Shown here: positions 33,059 to 44,784 of the stretch, piece after piece | Numbering within the stretch: the first letter of the stretch is position 1 | Layout of the letters: the number at the start of each line of letters is the position of its first letter | NCBI GenBank assembly: GCA_963729605.1 | Contig: CAVSNY010000007.1 | Location: forward strand, 896,001-960,000 | From: an uncultured Gammaproteobacteria bacterium | GTDB lineage: Bacteria > Pseudomonadota > Gammaproteobacteria > DRLM01 | DNA: 64,000 nt | Direction of reading: 5' to 3' | The notes under the pieces: model-generated | What the model was told of the DNA's origin: nothing | The model's input: only the letters and a program-made list of their open reading frames with translations | Database searches by the model: none | Position numbers and translations under genes: made by a program

Positions 33059-33542
33059 GCCACGCATCCCGCCATCGCCTGAACCTCTTCATCGAACCCG
33101 ACCACGCCAAGCGCCTGGACGAGCTGGCCGCGAAGAAAGGCGTGTCCAAGTCCTCCATCGTCGCGGCCGCGCTGGCGTCCTGGCTGTCGCCGGATGCGGC
33201 CGACCAACGCGAAGCCGCGATGGCCAAGCGCCTGGATCGACTGTCGCGCCAGTTCGAGCAAGCTGGAGCGCGACCAGAACATCCTGATCGAGACGCTGGC
33301 GCTGTTCGTGCGCTACTACCTGACCGTCAGCACGCCGGTGCCGGAGGCGCATCAGGAAGCCGCGCGGGCACAGGGCAAGGCGCGCTTCGAGCAGTTCGTC
33401 GAACAGCTTGGCCGGCACTTGCTGCGCGGGCGCAGCCTGGTGCGCGAGGTGCACGAGGAGATCCAGCCCGAGCACGCAGCGGCTGGACGAGACGGCGGCA
33501 CTGGCCGAAGCGCAGGAACGTGCGCGGGAAGCTGCCGTATGA
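33055..33542 (+). CDS. CopG/RHH protein, frameshifted
   Basis: RLDELAAKKGVSKSSIV..; LERDQNILIETLALF in the next frame. Confidence 0.78.
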
Positions 33543-34558
33543 GTGCCATTCCGCAACAACCATCGTCCGCTGTCACTTCGCTGGATCGGCGCATGCGCAT
33601 GCTGCGCACGGCCATGGGACCGCTGATCGCCGCCGCGCTCGAAGACCCGGACGTGGTGGAGGTGATGCTGAACCCCGACGGCACGCTGTGGGTCGACCGC
33701 CTCTCCACGGGCCGCGCTGCCACCGGGCGAGTCGCTGTCCGCCGCGGACGGCGAACGCATCATCCGCCTGGTCGCGGCGCATGTCGGCACAGAGGTGCAT
33801 CGCGGCCGGCCCCTGCTGTCCGCCGAGCTGCCGGAGACCGGCGAGCGCTTCGAGGGCATCTTGCCGCCAGCGGCGCCAGGCGCCGGCCTTCGCCCTCCGC
33901 AAGCGCGCCGTCGGCGTGATTCGGCCTGGCCGACTACGTGCGTCGACGGCATTCTGAGTGCGGACACAGGCCGAGTTCCTGCGCCGCGCGGTGCGCGAGC
34001 GCCAGAACATCCTGATCGCCGGCGGCACCAGCACCGGCAAGACCACGCTCGCCAATGCGCTGCTGGCCGAGATCGCCAGCACTGGCGACCGCGTGATGGT
34101 GCTGGAAGACACGGTGGAATTGCAGTGCGCGGCCGACGACCACGTGCCGCTGCGCACCCGTGCAGGCGTGGTGTCCATGGCCGAACTGGTGCGCGCCACG
34201 CTGCGACTGCGTCCTGATCGCATGGTCGTCGGCGAGGTGCGCGGCGGCGAGGCGCTGGACCTCCTCAAGGCCTGGGGCACCGGCCATCCTGGTGGCATCG
34301 CCACCATTCACGCCGAGTTCCGCGCATGGCGCGCTGCTGCGCCTCGAACAACTGATCCTCGAAGTCGCCCTGACCGCCACCGCGCGCGCTGATCGCCGAG
34401 GCGGTGAACGTCATCGTCTTCATCGCCGGCCGCGGACGCGCCCGCCAGGTCCAGACGTCGCCCGCGTAACCGGCTTCGATGGTCAGGGCTACCAGCTCGA
34501 CGGCGCGCTCGCGCCGCGTTCTTCCCCGTCCTCAACCCACCTTGGAGAACTGCCATGA
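33539..34558 (+). CDS. trbB: TrbB ATPase, frameshifted
   Basis: EVMLNPDG, GGTSTGKTT, GEVRGGEA, WGTGHPGG. Confidence 0.88.
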
Positions 34559-34941
34559 CGCCTGCTCACGTTTCCCATGATTCCCGCTTTTCCGTAAATC
34601 CGCTTTCCCTGCTCGCACGCTTGCGATGCCTGGCCTGGCCGGCGCAACAGGGGCTGCTGCTGGCGGTCGTGTTCCTGCTGGCGACCGGCACGGTGCAAGC
34701 GGCCGGTTCCAGCATGCCCTGGGAAGCGCCGCTGCAATCGATCCTCGACTCGATCCAGGGGCCGGTGGCGCGCATCGTGGCGGTGATCATCATCATCGTC
34801 ACTGGCCTGGCGCTGGCCTTTGGCGACACCAGCGGCGGCTTTCGCAAGCTGGTCCAGATCGTCTTCGGTCTGTCGATCGCGTTCGCGGCGTCCTCGTTCT
34901 TCCTGTCCTTTTTCAGCTTCTCCGGCGGGGCCGTCGTATGA
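34555..34941 (+). CDS. trbC: TrbC/VirB2 pilin
   Basis: MPWEAPLQSILDSIQGPVA. Confidence 0.9.
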   Translation: MTPAHVSHDSRFSVNPLSLLARLRCLAWPAQQGLLLAVVFLLATGTVQAAGSSMPWEAPLQSILDSIQGPVARIVAVIIIIVTGLALAFGDTSGGFRKLVQIVFGLSIAFAASSFFLSFFSFSGGAVV

Positions 34942-35208
34942 GTGCGCCCGATGATTCGCCACGGCTTCGAGGTGCCGTTGCACCGCTCGCTGACCGAGCC
35001 CATCCTGCTGGGCGGTGCGCCACGCACCGTGGCGATTGCCAACGGCACGCTGGCCGCCGCTGTGGGGCTCGGCCTGCAACTGTGGATTCCGGGCCTGGTG
35101 CTATGGATCGTCGGCCATTCGCTGGCGGTGTGGGGCGCGCGGCTGGACCCGCAGTTCATGCAGGTGTTCGCGCGGCACATCAAGCACAAGTCGCTGCTGG
35201 ACGTGTGA
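34938..35208 (+). CDS. trbD: TrbD/VirB3, 5' frameshift
   Basis: PLHRSLTEPILLGGAPR..DPQF. Confidence 0.85.
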
Positions 35209-35218
35209 GGACGATGCC

Positions 35219-37661
35219 ATGTTGAACCTCGCCGAATACCGCCAGCGTCCCGCACTGCTCGCCGACTGGCTGCCGTGGGCCGGGCTGGTCGCGCCCGGTG
35301 TCGTGCTCAACAAGGACGGCTCGTTCCAGCGCACGGCACGTTTTCGCGGGCCGGACCTGGACAGCGCGACGCAGGGCGAGCTGGTCGCCACGTCGGCGCG
35401 GCTGAACAACGCGCTGCGTCGCCTGGGTTCGGGCTGGGCCTTGTTCGTGGAAGCCGAACGGCTGGCCGCTGCCGACTATCCGCACTCGGACTTTCCCGAA
35501 CCGCTGTCCTGGCTGGTGGACGAGGAACGCCGCGCGGCGTTCGAGGAAGACCAGAGCCACTTCGAGAGCCGCTATCACCTGACGCTGGTGTATCTGCCGC
35601 CGGAGGAATCGCGCGCACGCGCCGCGAAGCTGCTCTACGAGAACACGCCGCAGCGCGGCGTGGACTGGCGCGAGCACCTGACGGCCTTTCGTGGCGGAGA
35701 CGGATCGCTTCTTCGACCTGCTCGAAGGCGTGATGCCGGAGATTGCCTGGCTCGACGACAGCGAGACGCTGACCTATCTGCACGCGACCATCTCCACACG
35801 ACGCTATCGCGTGGCGGTTCCGGAGTATCCGTTCCATCTCGATGCGCTGCTGACCGACTGCCCGCTGACCGGCGGGCTGGCGCCGATGCTGGGCGATGCA
35901 CATTTGCGCGTGGCATCGGTGCGCGGCTTTCCGACTTCGACCTGGCCGGGACTGCTCGACGACCTGAACCGCTTGGGCTTCGCCTATCGCTGGAGCACGC
36001 GCTTCCTGTGCATGGACAAGGCGGAGGCAGAAAGAGAACTCGGCCGCCTGCGCCGCCAGTGGTTCGCCAAGCGCAAGAACGTCGTCACGCTGCTGCGCGA
36101 GACGATCTTTCAGCAGGAAAGCCCGCTGGTCGATACCGATGCCAGCAACAAGGCGACGGATGCGGACGCGGCCCTGCAGGAGCTTGGGAGCGATCAAGTC
36201 GCCTTCGGCTACGTCACCACGACTGTCGCGGTGCTGGATGCGGATGCCGCAGTCGCTGACGAGAAGCTGCGCATGGTCGAGCGCGTCATCCAGGGGCGCG
36301 GCTTCGTCACCATTCCCGAGACCTTGAATGCGGTGGATGCCTGGCTGTCCTCGATTCCCGGCAATGCCTACGCCAACGTGCGCCAGCCCATCGTCTCGAC
36401 GCTGAACCTGGCGCACCTGATGCCGGTGTCGGCGGTGTGGGCCGGGCCGGAGAAGAATGCGCACCTCGACGGGCCGCCCTTGATCGTGACACGCACCGAT
36501 GGCGCCACGCCGTTCCGGCTGGTGACGCACATCGGCGACGTGGGCCATACGCTGGTGTGCGGACCCACCGGCATGGGTAAGTCGGTGCTGCTCGCTACGC
36601 TGGCGCTGCAGTTCCGCCGCTATCGCGGCTCGCGCATCTTCGCCTTCGACATGGGGCACTCGATGCGCGCCACCATCCTGCGGCCTGAACGGCGAGCACT
36701 ACGACCTCGGCACGGACGGCGACATCGCGTTCCAGCCGCTGGCGCGTATCGACCAGGAGGGCTCCCGAACCTGGGCCGCCGAATGGCTGGAAGGCCGGAT
36801 GCTGCACGAGGGGGTGAGCATCGGCCCCGACGAGAAGGCCGCCATCTGGTCGGCGCTGGACAGCCTCGCCGGCGCGCCGGTGGAACAGCGCACGCTGACC
36901 GGCTTCTCCGTGCTGCTGCAGAACAACGCGCTGCGCCAGGCGCTCGCGCCCTACGTGCTCGGCGGCGCCCACGGCAGTCTGCTCGATGCCGACCACGACC
37001 GGCTGGGCATGGCCGACGTGCAAGGCTTCGAGATGGAAGAACTGATGCGCGAGCCGCGCCGCCGTGCTGGCGGTGCTCGGCTATCTGTTCGCCCGATTCG
37101 ACGAGCGTTTCGACGGCGCGCCCACGCTGCTGATCCTCGACGAAGCCTGGGTGTTCCTCGACGACCCGGCGTTCGCCGCGCGCATCCGCGAGTGGCTGAA
37201 GACGCTGCGCAAGAAAAACGTGTCGGTGATCTTCGCCACGCAGTCGCTGGCCGACATCAAGGACTCCAGCATCGCACCGGCCATCGTCGGAGAGCTGCGC
37301 GAGCCGCATCTTCCTGCCCAACCCGCAGGCCACTGAGCCGCAAATCCGCACGATCTACGAAGGCTTCGGGCTCAACGCCCGCCAGATCGAGATCATCGCT
37401 ACTGCGCAGCCGAAGCGCGATTACTACTACCAGTCGCGGCTGGGCAATCGCCTGTTCGATCTCGACCTGGGGCCGGTCGCACTGGCCTTCGCCGGCGCCT
37501 CGACGCCGCAGGACCAACGCGACATCGATGCGGTGGAGGCAGCGGCTTCTTCTTCCAGCTTCGCAGCCGCCTGGCTGCGCCATTGCGGTCTGGACTGGGC
37601 GGCCGACCTGCTGCCGTCCGCGCCTGCCACTTCCAACCCACCATAGGAGAACCCGTCATGA
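35219..37661 (+). CDS. trbE: TrbE/VirB4 ATPase, frameshifted
   Basis: NKDGSF, GPTGMGKS, LDEAW, FATQSL across several frames. Confidence 0.88.
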
Positions 37662-38389
37662 AGAGAACACTGCTTGCGACCGTTGCTGCCGCTCTGTTTT
37701 GCACACTGCCTGCCGCTCAGGCGCAGTGGGCGGTGATTGACCCGACCAACCTGGTGCAGAACACGCTGACCGCGATCCGCACGCTGGAGCAGATCAACAA
37801 CCAGGTGCGGCAGCTTCAGAACGAAGCGCAGATGCTCATCAACCAGGCGCGCAATCTGACGAGCCTCGACTACAACGTGGTCAACCGGCTGCGCTCGACG
37901 TTGGCGACCACCGAACGCCTGATCGCTGAGGCGCAGGGCCTGGCCTATGACGTGGCGAGCATGGACCGGGAGTTCGCCCGGCTTTACCCGCAGGAGTATG
38001 CCGCCAACGTCAGCGGCGACCGCATGGCGCAGGACGCGCGTGAGCGCTGGCGCCACACGCTCGACGGCCTGCACACCGCGATGCGAATGCAGGCACAAGT
38101 GTCACAGAACCTCGGTGAAGACGAAGGCGTGCTGGCCGATCTGGTGGGCCAGAGCCAGTCGGCCACCGGCGCGCTGCAGGCAGCGCAGGCGACCAACCAG
38201 TTGCTGGCCTTGCAGGCCAAGCAAACGATCCAGTCCCAGCAGCTCCAGTTGACGCAGGACCGCGCTGCGTCGCTGGAACTGGCGCGGCAGGCGGCGGCCA
38301 CTGAGCGCGCCCGCGAAGTGCGGCGGCGATTTCACGGCGAGGGCACGCCCTACACGCCGCAGCCCGTGCCGTTCTACGGCGGCGACTGA
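37658..38389 (+). CDS. trbJ: TrbJ
   Basis: DPTNLVQN..GALQAAQATNQLLA. Confidence 0.88.
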   Translation: MKRTLLATVAAALFCTLPAAQAQWAVIDPTNLVQNTLTAIRTLEQINNQVRQLQNEAQMLINQARNLTSLDYNVVNRLRSTLATTERLIAEAQGLAYDVASMDREFARLYPQEYAANVSGDRMAQDARERWRHTLDGLHTAMRMQAQVSQNLGEDEGVLADLVGQSQSATGALQAAQATNQLLALQAKQTIQSQQLQLTQDRAASLELARQAAATERAREVRRRFHGEGTPYTPQPVPFYGGD

Positions 38390-38400
38390 GGGCACGCGCC

Positions 38401-39769
38401 ATGAACGACATCTCGGTGATCGACCGCTTCCTCATCGTCTTCTCCACCTACATCGACTCGGGCTTCGGTCTGCTGGGCGGCGAGGTGGCGTTCCTCACCG
38501 CCACCTTGATCGTGATCGACATGACCATCGCGGGCCTCTATTGGGCGATGAGTCACGCCACCGGTCAGGGCGAGGACGTGATCGCCAAGCTGATCCGCAA
38601 GGTGCTCTACATCGGCGCTTTCGCCTACATCATCGGCAACTTCAACTGGCTGGCGAGCATCTTGTTCCGCTCGTTCGCGGGGCTGGGTTTGATGGCGTCG
38701 GGCTCTACGATCTCGCAGGCCGAGTTTCTGCAACCCGGTCGGCTGGCCAAGGTGGGCGTCGATGCCGCCGCGCCGATCCTCGAACAGATCAGCGACATGG
38801 CGGGCTTCCCCGAGGTGTTCGTGAACATGACCCCCATCGTGGTTCTGTTCCTGGCCTGGCTGGTGGTGATCGTCAGCGTTCTTCGTGCTGGCGATCCAGC
38901 TTTTCATCACGCTGATCGAGTTCAAGCTGACAACGCTCGCCGGCTTCGTGCTGGTGCCGTTCGCGCTGTGGAACAAGACCGCATTCCTGGCCGAGAAGGT
39001 GCTGGGCAACGTGGTGTCCTCCGGCATCAAGGTGCTGGTGCTGGCGGTGATCGTCGGCATCGGCGCCGGCCTGTTCGCCGAATTTCAGGTCGCGCCGGAT
39101 GAACCCTCCATCGACCACGCGCTGGTCATCATGCTGGCGTCCCTCTCGCTGCTGGCGCTCGGGATCTTCGGGCCGGGTATTGCTACCGGCCTGGTGTCCG
39201 GCTCGCCGCAGCTCGGCGCCGGTGCGATGGCGGGTGCCACGCTCGGCGCAGCCGGTACGGCCGTTGCCGTGGGTGCGGCGGCCACCGGCGTCGGTGGTGC
39301 CGTCGCGGCCGGTGCACGCATGGCGCCCGGCGCTGCCCGTATGGCTGTCGGCGGCGCCCGTTCGATGGCCTCCACTGCCGGCAGCGCGAGGCCAGCCTTT
39401 CAGGCAGGTTCCGCCGGTGCTGGCGGTGGTCTCAAGGGCGCGGCGGCCGGTCTGGGTAACGTCGCCCGGACCGGCGCGCAGTCGGTCGGGCAGCGAGTCT
39501 CTGCCGGTGCGCGTTCGCTGAAGGCGCGCGCCGCTACCGCCATCAATCCCGACACCTCCACGGCCGGCGCGGGTAGCGCTGCTGCCGGTTCGACCGCTCA
39601 GGGCGGCGCGGACGCCGCATCCGCCAGCAGCGGACAACCCGCCTGGGCCAGGCGCCTTCAACGCCGCCAGCAACTCACCCATGCCGCCACCACCGTCGCG
39701 CACACGCTGCGCGGTGGCGACGGCGGCGGCTCGGGTTCCGGCCCCAGTCTGCGCGACCCCTCGAATTAA
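38401..39769 (+). CDS. trbL: TrbL/VirB6, frameshift near 38875
   Basis: YIDSGFGLL; QLFITLIEFKL; Gly/Ala-rich tail. Confidence 0.88.
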
Positions 39770-39781
39770 GGAGACCTTGCC

Positions 39782-40486
39782 ATGCGATTCAAACGACCGC
39801 AGGTGCGCTACGCCGAATCACCGCAGCCGGCCACGCCGTACCAGAGCGCCGAACAGGTGTGGGATGAGCGCATCGGCTCGGCCCGCGCACAGGCAAAGAA
39901 CTGGCGGCTGATGGCTTTCGGCTGCCTCGCGCTCGCGCTGCTGATGGCCGGTGGCTTGGTGTGGCGCTCGGCGCAGTCCATCGTCACGCCCTATGTGGTG
40001 GAGGTGGACCACGGCGGGCAGGTGCGCGCCGTCGGCGAGGCCGCCACGCCGTACCGGCCCAACGATGCGCAGACCGCACATCACCTCGCGCGCTTCGTCA
40101 CGCTGGTGCGCTCGCTGTCCATCGACCCCATCGTGGTCCGGCAGAACTGGCTCGACGCCTACGACTACACCACCGACCGCGGGGCCGCCGTGCTCAACGA
40201 TTACGCCCGCGCCAACGATCCCTTCGCGCGCATCGGCCGCGAGACGGTGACGGTGCAGATCAACAGCGTGGTCCGCGCCAGCGACACGTCGTTCAACGTG
40301 CGCTGGACGGAGCGCCGCTACGTCAACGGCGCGGCGGCAGGGCTGGAGCGCTGGACGGCGGTGGTGTCCATCGTGCTGCAAACGCCGCGCACCGAGGAAC
40401 GGTTGCGGCGCAATCCATTGGGCATCTACGTCAACGGCTTGTCGTGGAGCCGGGAACTCGACTCGATCGAAGGAGACAGGCCATGA
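39782..40486 (+). CDS. trbF: TrbF
   Basis: WDERIGSAR..NPLGIYV. Confidence 0.9.
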   Translation: MRFKRPQVRYAESPQPATPYQSAEQVWDERIGSARAQAKNWRLMAFGCLALALLMAGGLVWRSAQSIVTPYVVEVDHGGQVRAVGEAATPYRPNDAQTAHHLARFVTLVRSLSIDPIVVRQNWLDAYDYTTDRGAAVLNDYARANDPFARIGRETVTVQINSVVRASDTSFNVRWTERRYVNGAAAGLERWTAVVSIVLQTPRTEERLRRNPLGIYVNGLSWSRELDSIEGDRP

Positions 40487-41472
40487 AACCGTCTTTGCGC
40501 TTTTGCGTGCTTGTACTGATTGCCACCACGCTGGCGGGCTGCGCCACGCCGCGCAAGCCGCCGACCATCTCGCTCGACGAGCCGGTGCAGGCGCAGCCAC
40601 TGCCGGAACTGCCCAAGCCGGTCGAAGTGGTCGCAGTGCCCGAACCCCTGCCGTTGCCAGGGCAGTTGATGCCGCTGCCACCACAGGGAGAGACGCCGCC
40701 AGCACCCGAGCCAGAGGACGAGCGCGTGCGCGTATCCCGTGCGAACGCAGAGGCGCGCGTCGCGCCGACCCGCGAGGGCTACATCAACGCGATTCAGGTC
40801 TGGCCCTTCACCGATGGCGCGCTGTATCAGGTCTACACGAGTCCGGGCCGCGTGACGATGATCGCCTTGCAGCCCGGCGAGGAACTGGTGACGGTTGCCG
40901 CCGGCGATACCGTGCGCTGGATCGTCGGCGACACGTCCAGCGGCGGCGGTGACGAGCTGCGCGTCAATGTGCTGGTGAAGCCCATCCGTTCCGGCTTGAA
41001 GACCAATCTCGTCATCACAACCAGCCGCAGGACGTACCTGATCGAACTAACCTCGACCGAGAAGGCGTGGATGGCATCGGCGTCCTGGGACTATCCGCGC
41101 GACCGCATGTTGGCTTTGCAGCGCCAGGCGCAGGCCGCGCAGACGGCGGCGCCACTCGATACGGGCCTGACGCTGGAGAACATCCGCTTCCGCTACGGGA
41201 TCAGCGGCAGCAATGCGCCGTGGAAGCCACTGCGCGCCTTCGACGACGGCGAGAAGGTCTACATCCAGTTCCCGGCCGGCATCGCGCAGGGCGAGTTGCC
41301 GCCGCTGTTCGTCATCGGCGCGCAGGGCGACGGCCAGCTCGTCAATTACCGCTTCCGTTCGCCGTACTACATCGTGGACCGGCTGTTCGGCGCGGCCGAA
41401 CTGCGCCTGGGTGGTGACAGGGGCGCCGTGGTGCGCATCGAGCGCACGGATGGCGTGACGCGGAGGAACTGA
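40483..41472 (+). CDS. trbG: TrbG/VirB9
   Basis: Lipobox LAGC; AGDTVRW, FDDGEKVYI. Confidence 0.9.
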   Translation: MKPSLRFCVLVLIATTLAGCATPRKPPTISLDEPVQAQPLPELPKPVEVVAVPEPLPLPGQLMPLPPQGETPPAPEPEDERVRVSRANAEARVAPTREGYINAIQVWPFTDGALYQVYTSPGRVTMIALQPGEELVTVAAGDTVRWIVGDTSSGGGDELRVNVLVKPIRSGLKTNLVITTSRRTYLIELTSTEKAWMASASWDYPRDRMLALQRQAQAAQTAAPLDTGLTLENIRFRYGISGSNAPWKPLRAFDDGEKVYIQFPAGIAQGELPPLFVIGAQGDGQLVNYRFRSPYYIVDRLFGAAELRLGGDRGAVVRIERTDGVTRRN

Positions 41473-41474
41473 CC

Positions 41475-42770
41475 ATGAGCCAGGACGACTCCCCGGACAT
41501 GCTTGGCGCCGCACCGAAGCTGGCGCCGGAACAAGTCGCGCTGCGGGCGCAGCCGCGTCCGGTCACGCGCCTGAACCGGCGCATGTTGGCGGTGCTGGTC
41601 GGCGGTGTGGCCACCGTCGTATTGGGCGCAACGCTCTGGTCGCTGCAAGCGCCGCAGCGCCGTGGTGCAGGCGAGGCGACCGAGCTGTACAACGTCGATC
41701 GCGTGTCGCGCTCCGAAGGGCTGGCGCAACTGCCCACCGACTATTCCCAACTGCCGCCGACCTTGCCACCGCTGCCGCCGGAGCTGGGCGAACCGCTGCC
41801 CGGCGACCTCGGCACGCCGATCCTGCGCGCCGAACAGCGAGCGCAGGGTTACTCACAACCGGGCTATGACCCGGCCGAAGCCGAGCGCTTGGCGCGGCTC
41901 AAGGAGGCCGAGGAAGCGGCGGCTTCGTCCGTGTTCTTCAGCACGGGCGGGCAGCGCGCCGCCGTAGCCGCTCCTGCTCAGAGCATGGCGGGAATCCCGC
42001 CGCTGACCGGGTTGGCGGGTTTCGATCCACTGGCCGCCGGGCCGGCTTCGACGGCTGCGCAGCCCGCCGATCCCACGGCTGTGCAGAACCGGCAGGACCA
42101 GAAGGAAGCGTTTCTGAGCAATGCCGGTTCTACGGAAACCCGTAATTCCGGCAACCTGCAAATGCCGGCCTCTCCATACCAGGTGATGGCGGGCACCGTG
42201 ATCCCGGCCGCGCTGGTGACGGGCATTAAGTCCGACCTGCCGGGCGACGTGATCGCCACGGTGACGGAGCCGGTCTACGACACGGCCACCGGCCGCCATC
42301 TGCTGATCCCGCAGGGCTCGCGCATCCTGGGCCGATACAACAGCCAAGTGAGCTACGGGCAGACCCGAATCCAGATGGTGTGGCACCGGCTGATCCTGCC
42401 GGACACCTCATCAAGCCAGCTCGACAACCTGGTGGGCACCGACCCGGCCGGCTACGCGGGCCTGGAGGATGGCGTCGATTGGCATTGGGACCGCATCTTC
42501 GCCGGCGCGGTGCTGACCACGCTGCTGGGCGTCGGCGCTGAGCTGGCCGCCCCGGAGAATCGCCAGGGCGGCGATCGCATCGTCATTGCCGGCCGCGACA
42601 GCGTGCAGGACAGCGTGAACCAGATTGGCCAGGAGATGACCCGGCGCAACATGAACATCCAGCCCACGCTGACGGCGCGCCCCGGTCTGCCGGTGCGCAT
42701 CATCGTCAACCGCGACCTGGTGCTGCGACCGTACCAGCCGCTGTTCTTCCAGAGGGGATCATCGCAATGA
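41475..42770 (+). CDS. trbI: TrbI/VirB10
   Basis: AGTVIPAALVTGIKSDLPG, LIPQGS, QPTL. Confidence 0.9.
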   Translation: MSQDDSPDMLGAAPKLAPEQVALRAQPRPVTRLNRRMLAVLVGGVATVVLGATLWSLQAPQRRGAGEATELYNVDRVSRSEGLAQLPTDYSQLPPTLPPLPPELGEPLPGDLGTPILRAEQRAQGYSQPGYDPAEAERLARLKEAEEAAASSVFFSTGGQRAAVAAPAQSMAGIPPLTGLAGFDPLAAGPASTAAQPADPTAVQNRQDQKEAFLSNAGSTETRNSGNLQMPASPYQVMAGTVIPAALVTGIKSDLPGDVIATVTEPVYDTATGRHLLIPQGSRILGRYNSQVSYGQTRIQMVWHRLILPDTSSSQLDNLVGTDPAGYAGLEDGVDWHWDRIFAGAVLTTLLGVGAELAAPENRQGGDRIVIAGRDSVQDSVNQIGQEMTRRNMNIQPTLTARPGLPVRIIVNRDLVLRPYQPLFFQRGSSQ

Positions 42771-43024
42771 ACACGAACAAGCTGCGGCTCGGGCCGCTGC
42801 CCAAGAGCGAGACCGTCAGGCTGACATTCGCGTGTCCGGCCAGCCTGAAGGCCGACCTCGACCGCTACGCCGCGCTGCACGCGCAGACCTACGGCGAGCC
42901 GGTCGATGCGATGACGCTGATCCCGCACATGCTGGAAGCGTTCATTGCGCGGGATCGGGGATTCAAGAAGGGGACGGCGGCGAAAGCGCCGTCAGTGCCC
43001 CGGCGGGACGCGCCGCCGACATAG
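42767..43024 (+). CDS. DUF2274 protein
   Basis: KLRLGPLP..LIPHMLEAFIARDRGF. Confidence 0.85.
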   Translation: MNTNKLRLGPLPKSETVRLTFACPASLKADLDRYAALHAQTYGEPVDAMTLIPHMLEAFIARDRGFKKGTAAKAPSVPRRDAPPT

Positions 43025-43298
43025 GCGTGGCCACATCGGCGGCGACACGAAAGCGCAGGTCAGTGGCCTGCGCTTTCGTGTTTTTGGGCTATGGCTCGCA
43101 GGAGCCTTGTCATATCATCTGCACGGACATTGCCGGATGCTTGCTCAGCTACGCCGAGACCCGCAACCGCCTTGCTCTTATGTGGCTCCTAGCCTGCCAG
43201 AGCAGGACTGCCCGATGGGCTGGTCCAGAAGCCAAAATCCTTGTCCGATATAGACTTAGGTGTTGTGCCTGTCAGCAGAGAGTTCTTGACAGGCGACA

Positions 43299-43306
43299 TT
43301 TTTTAT
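43299..43306 (+). other. Candidate attR of the ICE
   Basis: TTTTTTAT (Tn4371 target TTTTTCAT-like) just after IR CCTGTCA..TGACAGG, followed by an AT-rich stretch. Confidence 0.45.
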
Positions 43307-43517
43307 TCCTTCCCTTTTTCTATTCTTCTTTATCTATTCTTCGATTGCTCTTCGCCGACATCACCAATGGCCTGAGCGTACTAAAACCGGATTCACCCGA
43401 CCGGATTCGGCGTGCCTGCTAGTTGCGGTTGTATAGATCGACATCCGGTTTCAAGGCGGCCGATCTGATTGAGTCCAGAATGAATTACGGGTAAGTTGAG
43501 CGGACCCTCGGGCTAGG

Positions 43518-44210
43518 ATGTTCCGCATGAAGACCCAAGCTTTGGATTACCTGCTTTCCGCCGCCTTGATCGGCGTGCTTTGCCTGCTGGATTATGTACT
43601 GGTCGGCTGGGGGTTGCGGCCGATCACCGAGCGGGTGTTTGGTGCCTATCACATCCTGGTCGATGGTCTGCTCCTGTTGCTGGGCTACGGCTTGCTGGCG
43701 GTGTTATGCGCGCGCCTCATGCTGCGCCTGCGCCCTTTTACCCCCGCCACCTATTCCATGGACGACACGATGTTCACCTGGTGGAAGCTTTACACCGTCA
43801 ATTATGAATTCGGCCGCGGCGCCTTGTTACCCTACACGACGGTTTTCGCCCGGCCGCTGGTAGCCGTGTTATTCGGCGCCCGTATCGGCCGCGATATCGC
43901 GCTCGGCGGCCGCTTGGTGGACCCCGAACTCATCACCATCGGGGAAGAAGCCATCATCGGCCAGGATTCGGTGATTACCGCCCATGCCATCATCAGCGGC
44001 GCCCTCATTCTACGCCCGGTGAATATCGCGGCGCGCGCCACCATCGGCGTCAACGCCGTGATCATGCCCGGTGTGGACGTAGGTGCGGGTTCCATCGTCA
44101 CGGCGGGCGCGGTGGTGACCATGGATACCAAGATTCCGCCCGGCGAACTGTGGGGTGGGATTCCGGCGCGTAAGATTAAAGATGTGGATGCGGGCACGGT
44201 GCGCGGTTGA
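43518..44210 (+). CDS. Membrane-anchored hexapeptide-repeat (LbH) acyltransferase
   Basis: N-terminal TMs; IGVNAVIMPGVDVGAGSIVTAGAVV..WGGIPAR. Confidence 0.82.
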   Translation: MFRMKTQALDYLLSAALIGVLCLLDYVLVGWGLRPITERVFGAYHILVDGLLLLLGYGLLAVLCARLMLRLRPFTPATYSMDDTMFTWWKLYTVNYEFGRGALLPYTTVFARPLVAVLFGARIGRDIALGGRLVDPELITIGEEAIIGQDSVITAHAIISGALILRPVNIAARATIGVNAVIMPGVDVGAGSIVTAGAVVTMDTKIPPGELWGGIPARKIKDVDAGTVRG

Positions 44211-44446
44211 GTTTAAATTCCGCGGCTGTTTATCGACCGTAACCATGCAGATGTGCTTAAGCGTCTAGGTGAGAGCCGTGCCACCTTGAGCGTTGGAGTT
44301 TCCAAAGAAGGATTTTGAGATCGTTCACCAAATACTGCCTTATGAACGCGCTAATTCATTGAGATAACTCCCCGGCTCTATCCAGAACTCATCAGAGTTT
44401 GGCCTGTAAAGTTTGCCCTGTGCGGCGGTCGTTGTTTGTGATTTAT

Positions 44447-44616
44447 CCCCTCCTTGTCCCAAGGAGGGGTGGCCCGCAGGGCCGGGGTGGTTTGCTCTTT
44501 AGCCAAGAGAGTCGGCTGCGAAAGGGATGGGTGGTGTGATGAAAGGGGCGAGGGCCGGTGATTTCTGAATCGCACCACCTACCCCCTTCGGGGGCACCCC
44601 TCCTCAAGGGGAGGGG
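44447..44616. repeat. Inverted pair of REP-like palindromic elements
   Basis: CCCCTCCTT-N-AAGGAGGGG hairpin with ACCACCCC arm at 44447-44492 (-) and a variant at 44573-44616 (+). Confidence 0.65.
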
Positions 44617-44784
44617 AGAGTCATCGGTGCAACCGGCGGTGATGAAGCGGCCTGTATTTTAAAGCGCCTTTGAGGCGCTCATCCTACTAAGCTTCCGGTT
44701 TTGCCGATAACTTGATTCATTGCGCGCCGCGCTGATGTTTTCTCGCTACCCATGGTGTGTTTCGGTGATGCGGCCGGCGATCAA

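Larger units (their letters stand above)
1..43306. mobile_element. Tn4371-family ICE, right part (left end and integrase outside window)
   Basis: Canonical gene order DUF736-XRE-DUF2958-DUF2285-HTH-repA-parA-parG-DUF2840-traF-relaxase-[cargo]-LysR-eexN-traG-copG-trbB..I-DUF2274; right boundary inferred. Confidence 0.93.

Noticed and set aside
31040-38900. Programmed frameshifting in the tra/trb genes
   Set aside because: Too many sites with no shared slippery motif; sequence error or decay is simpler.
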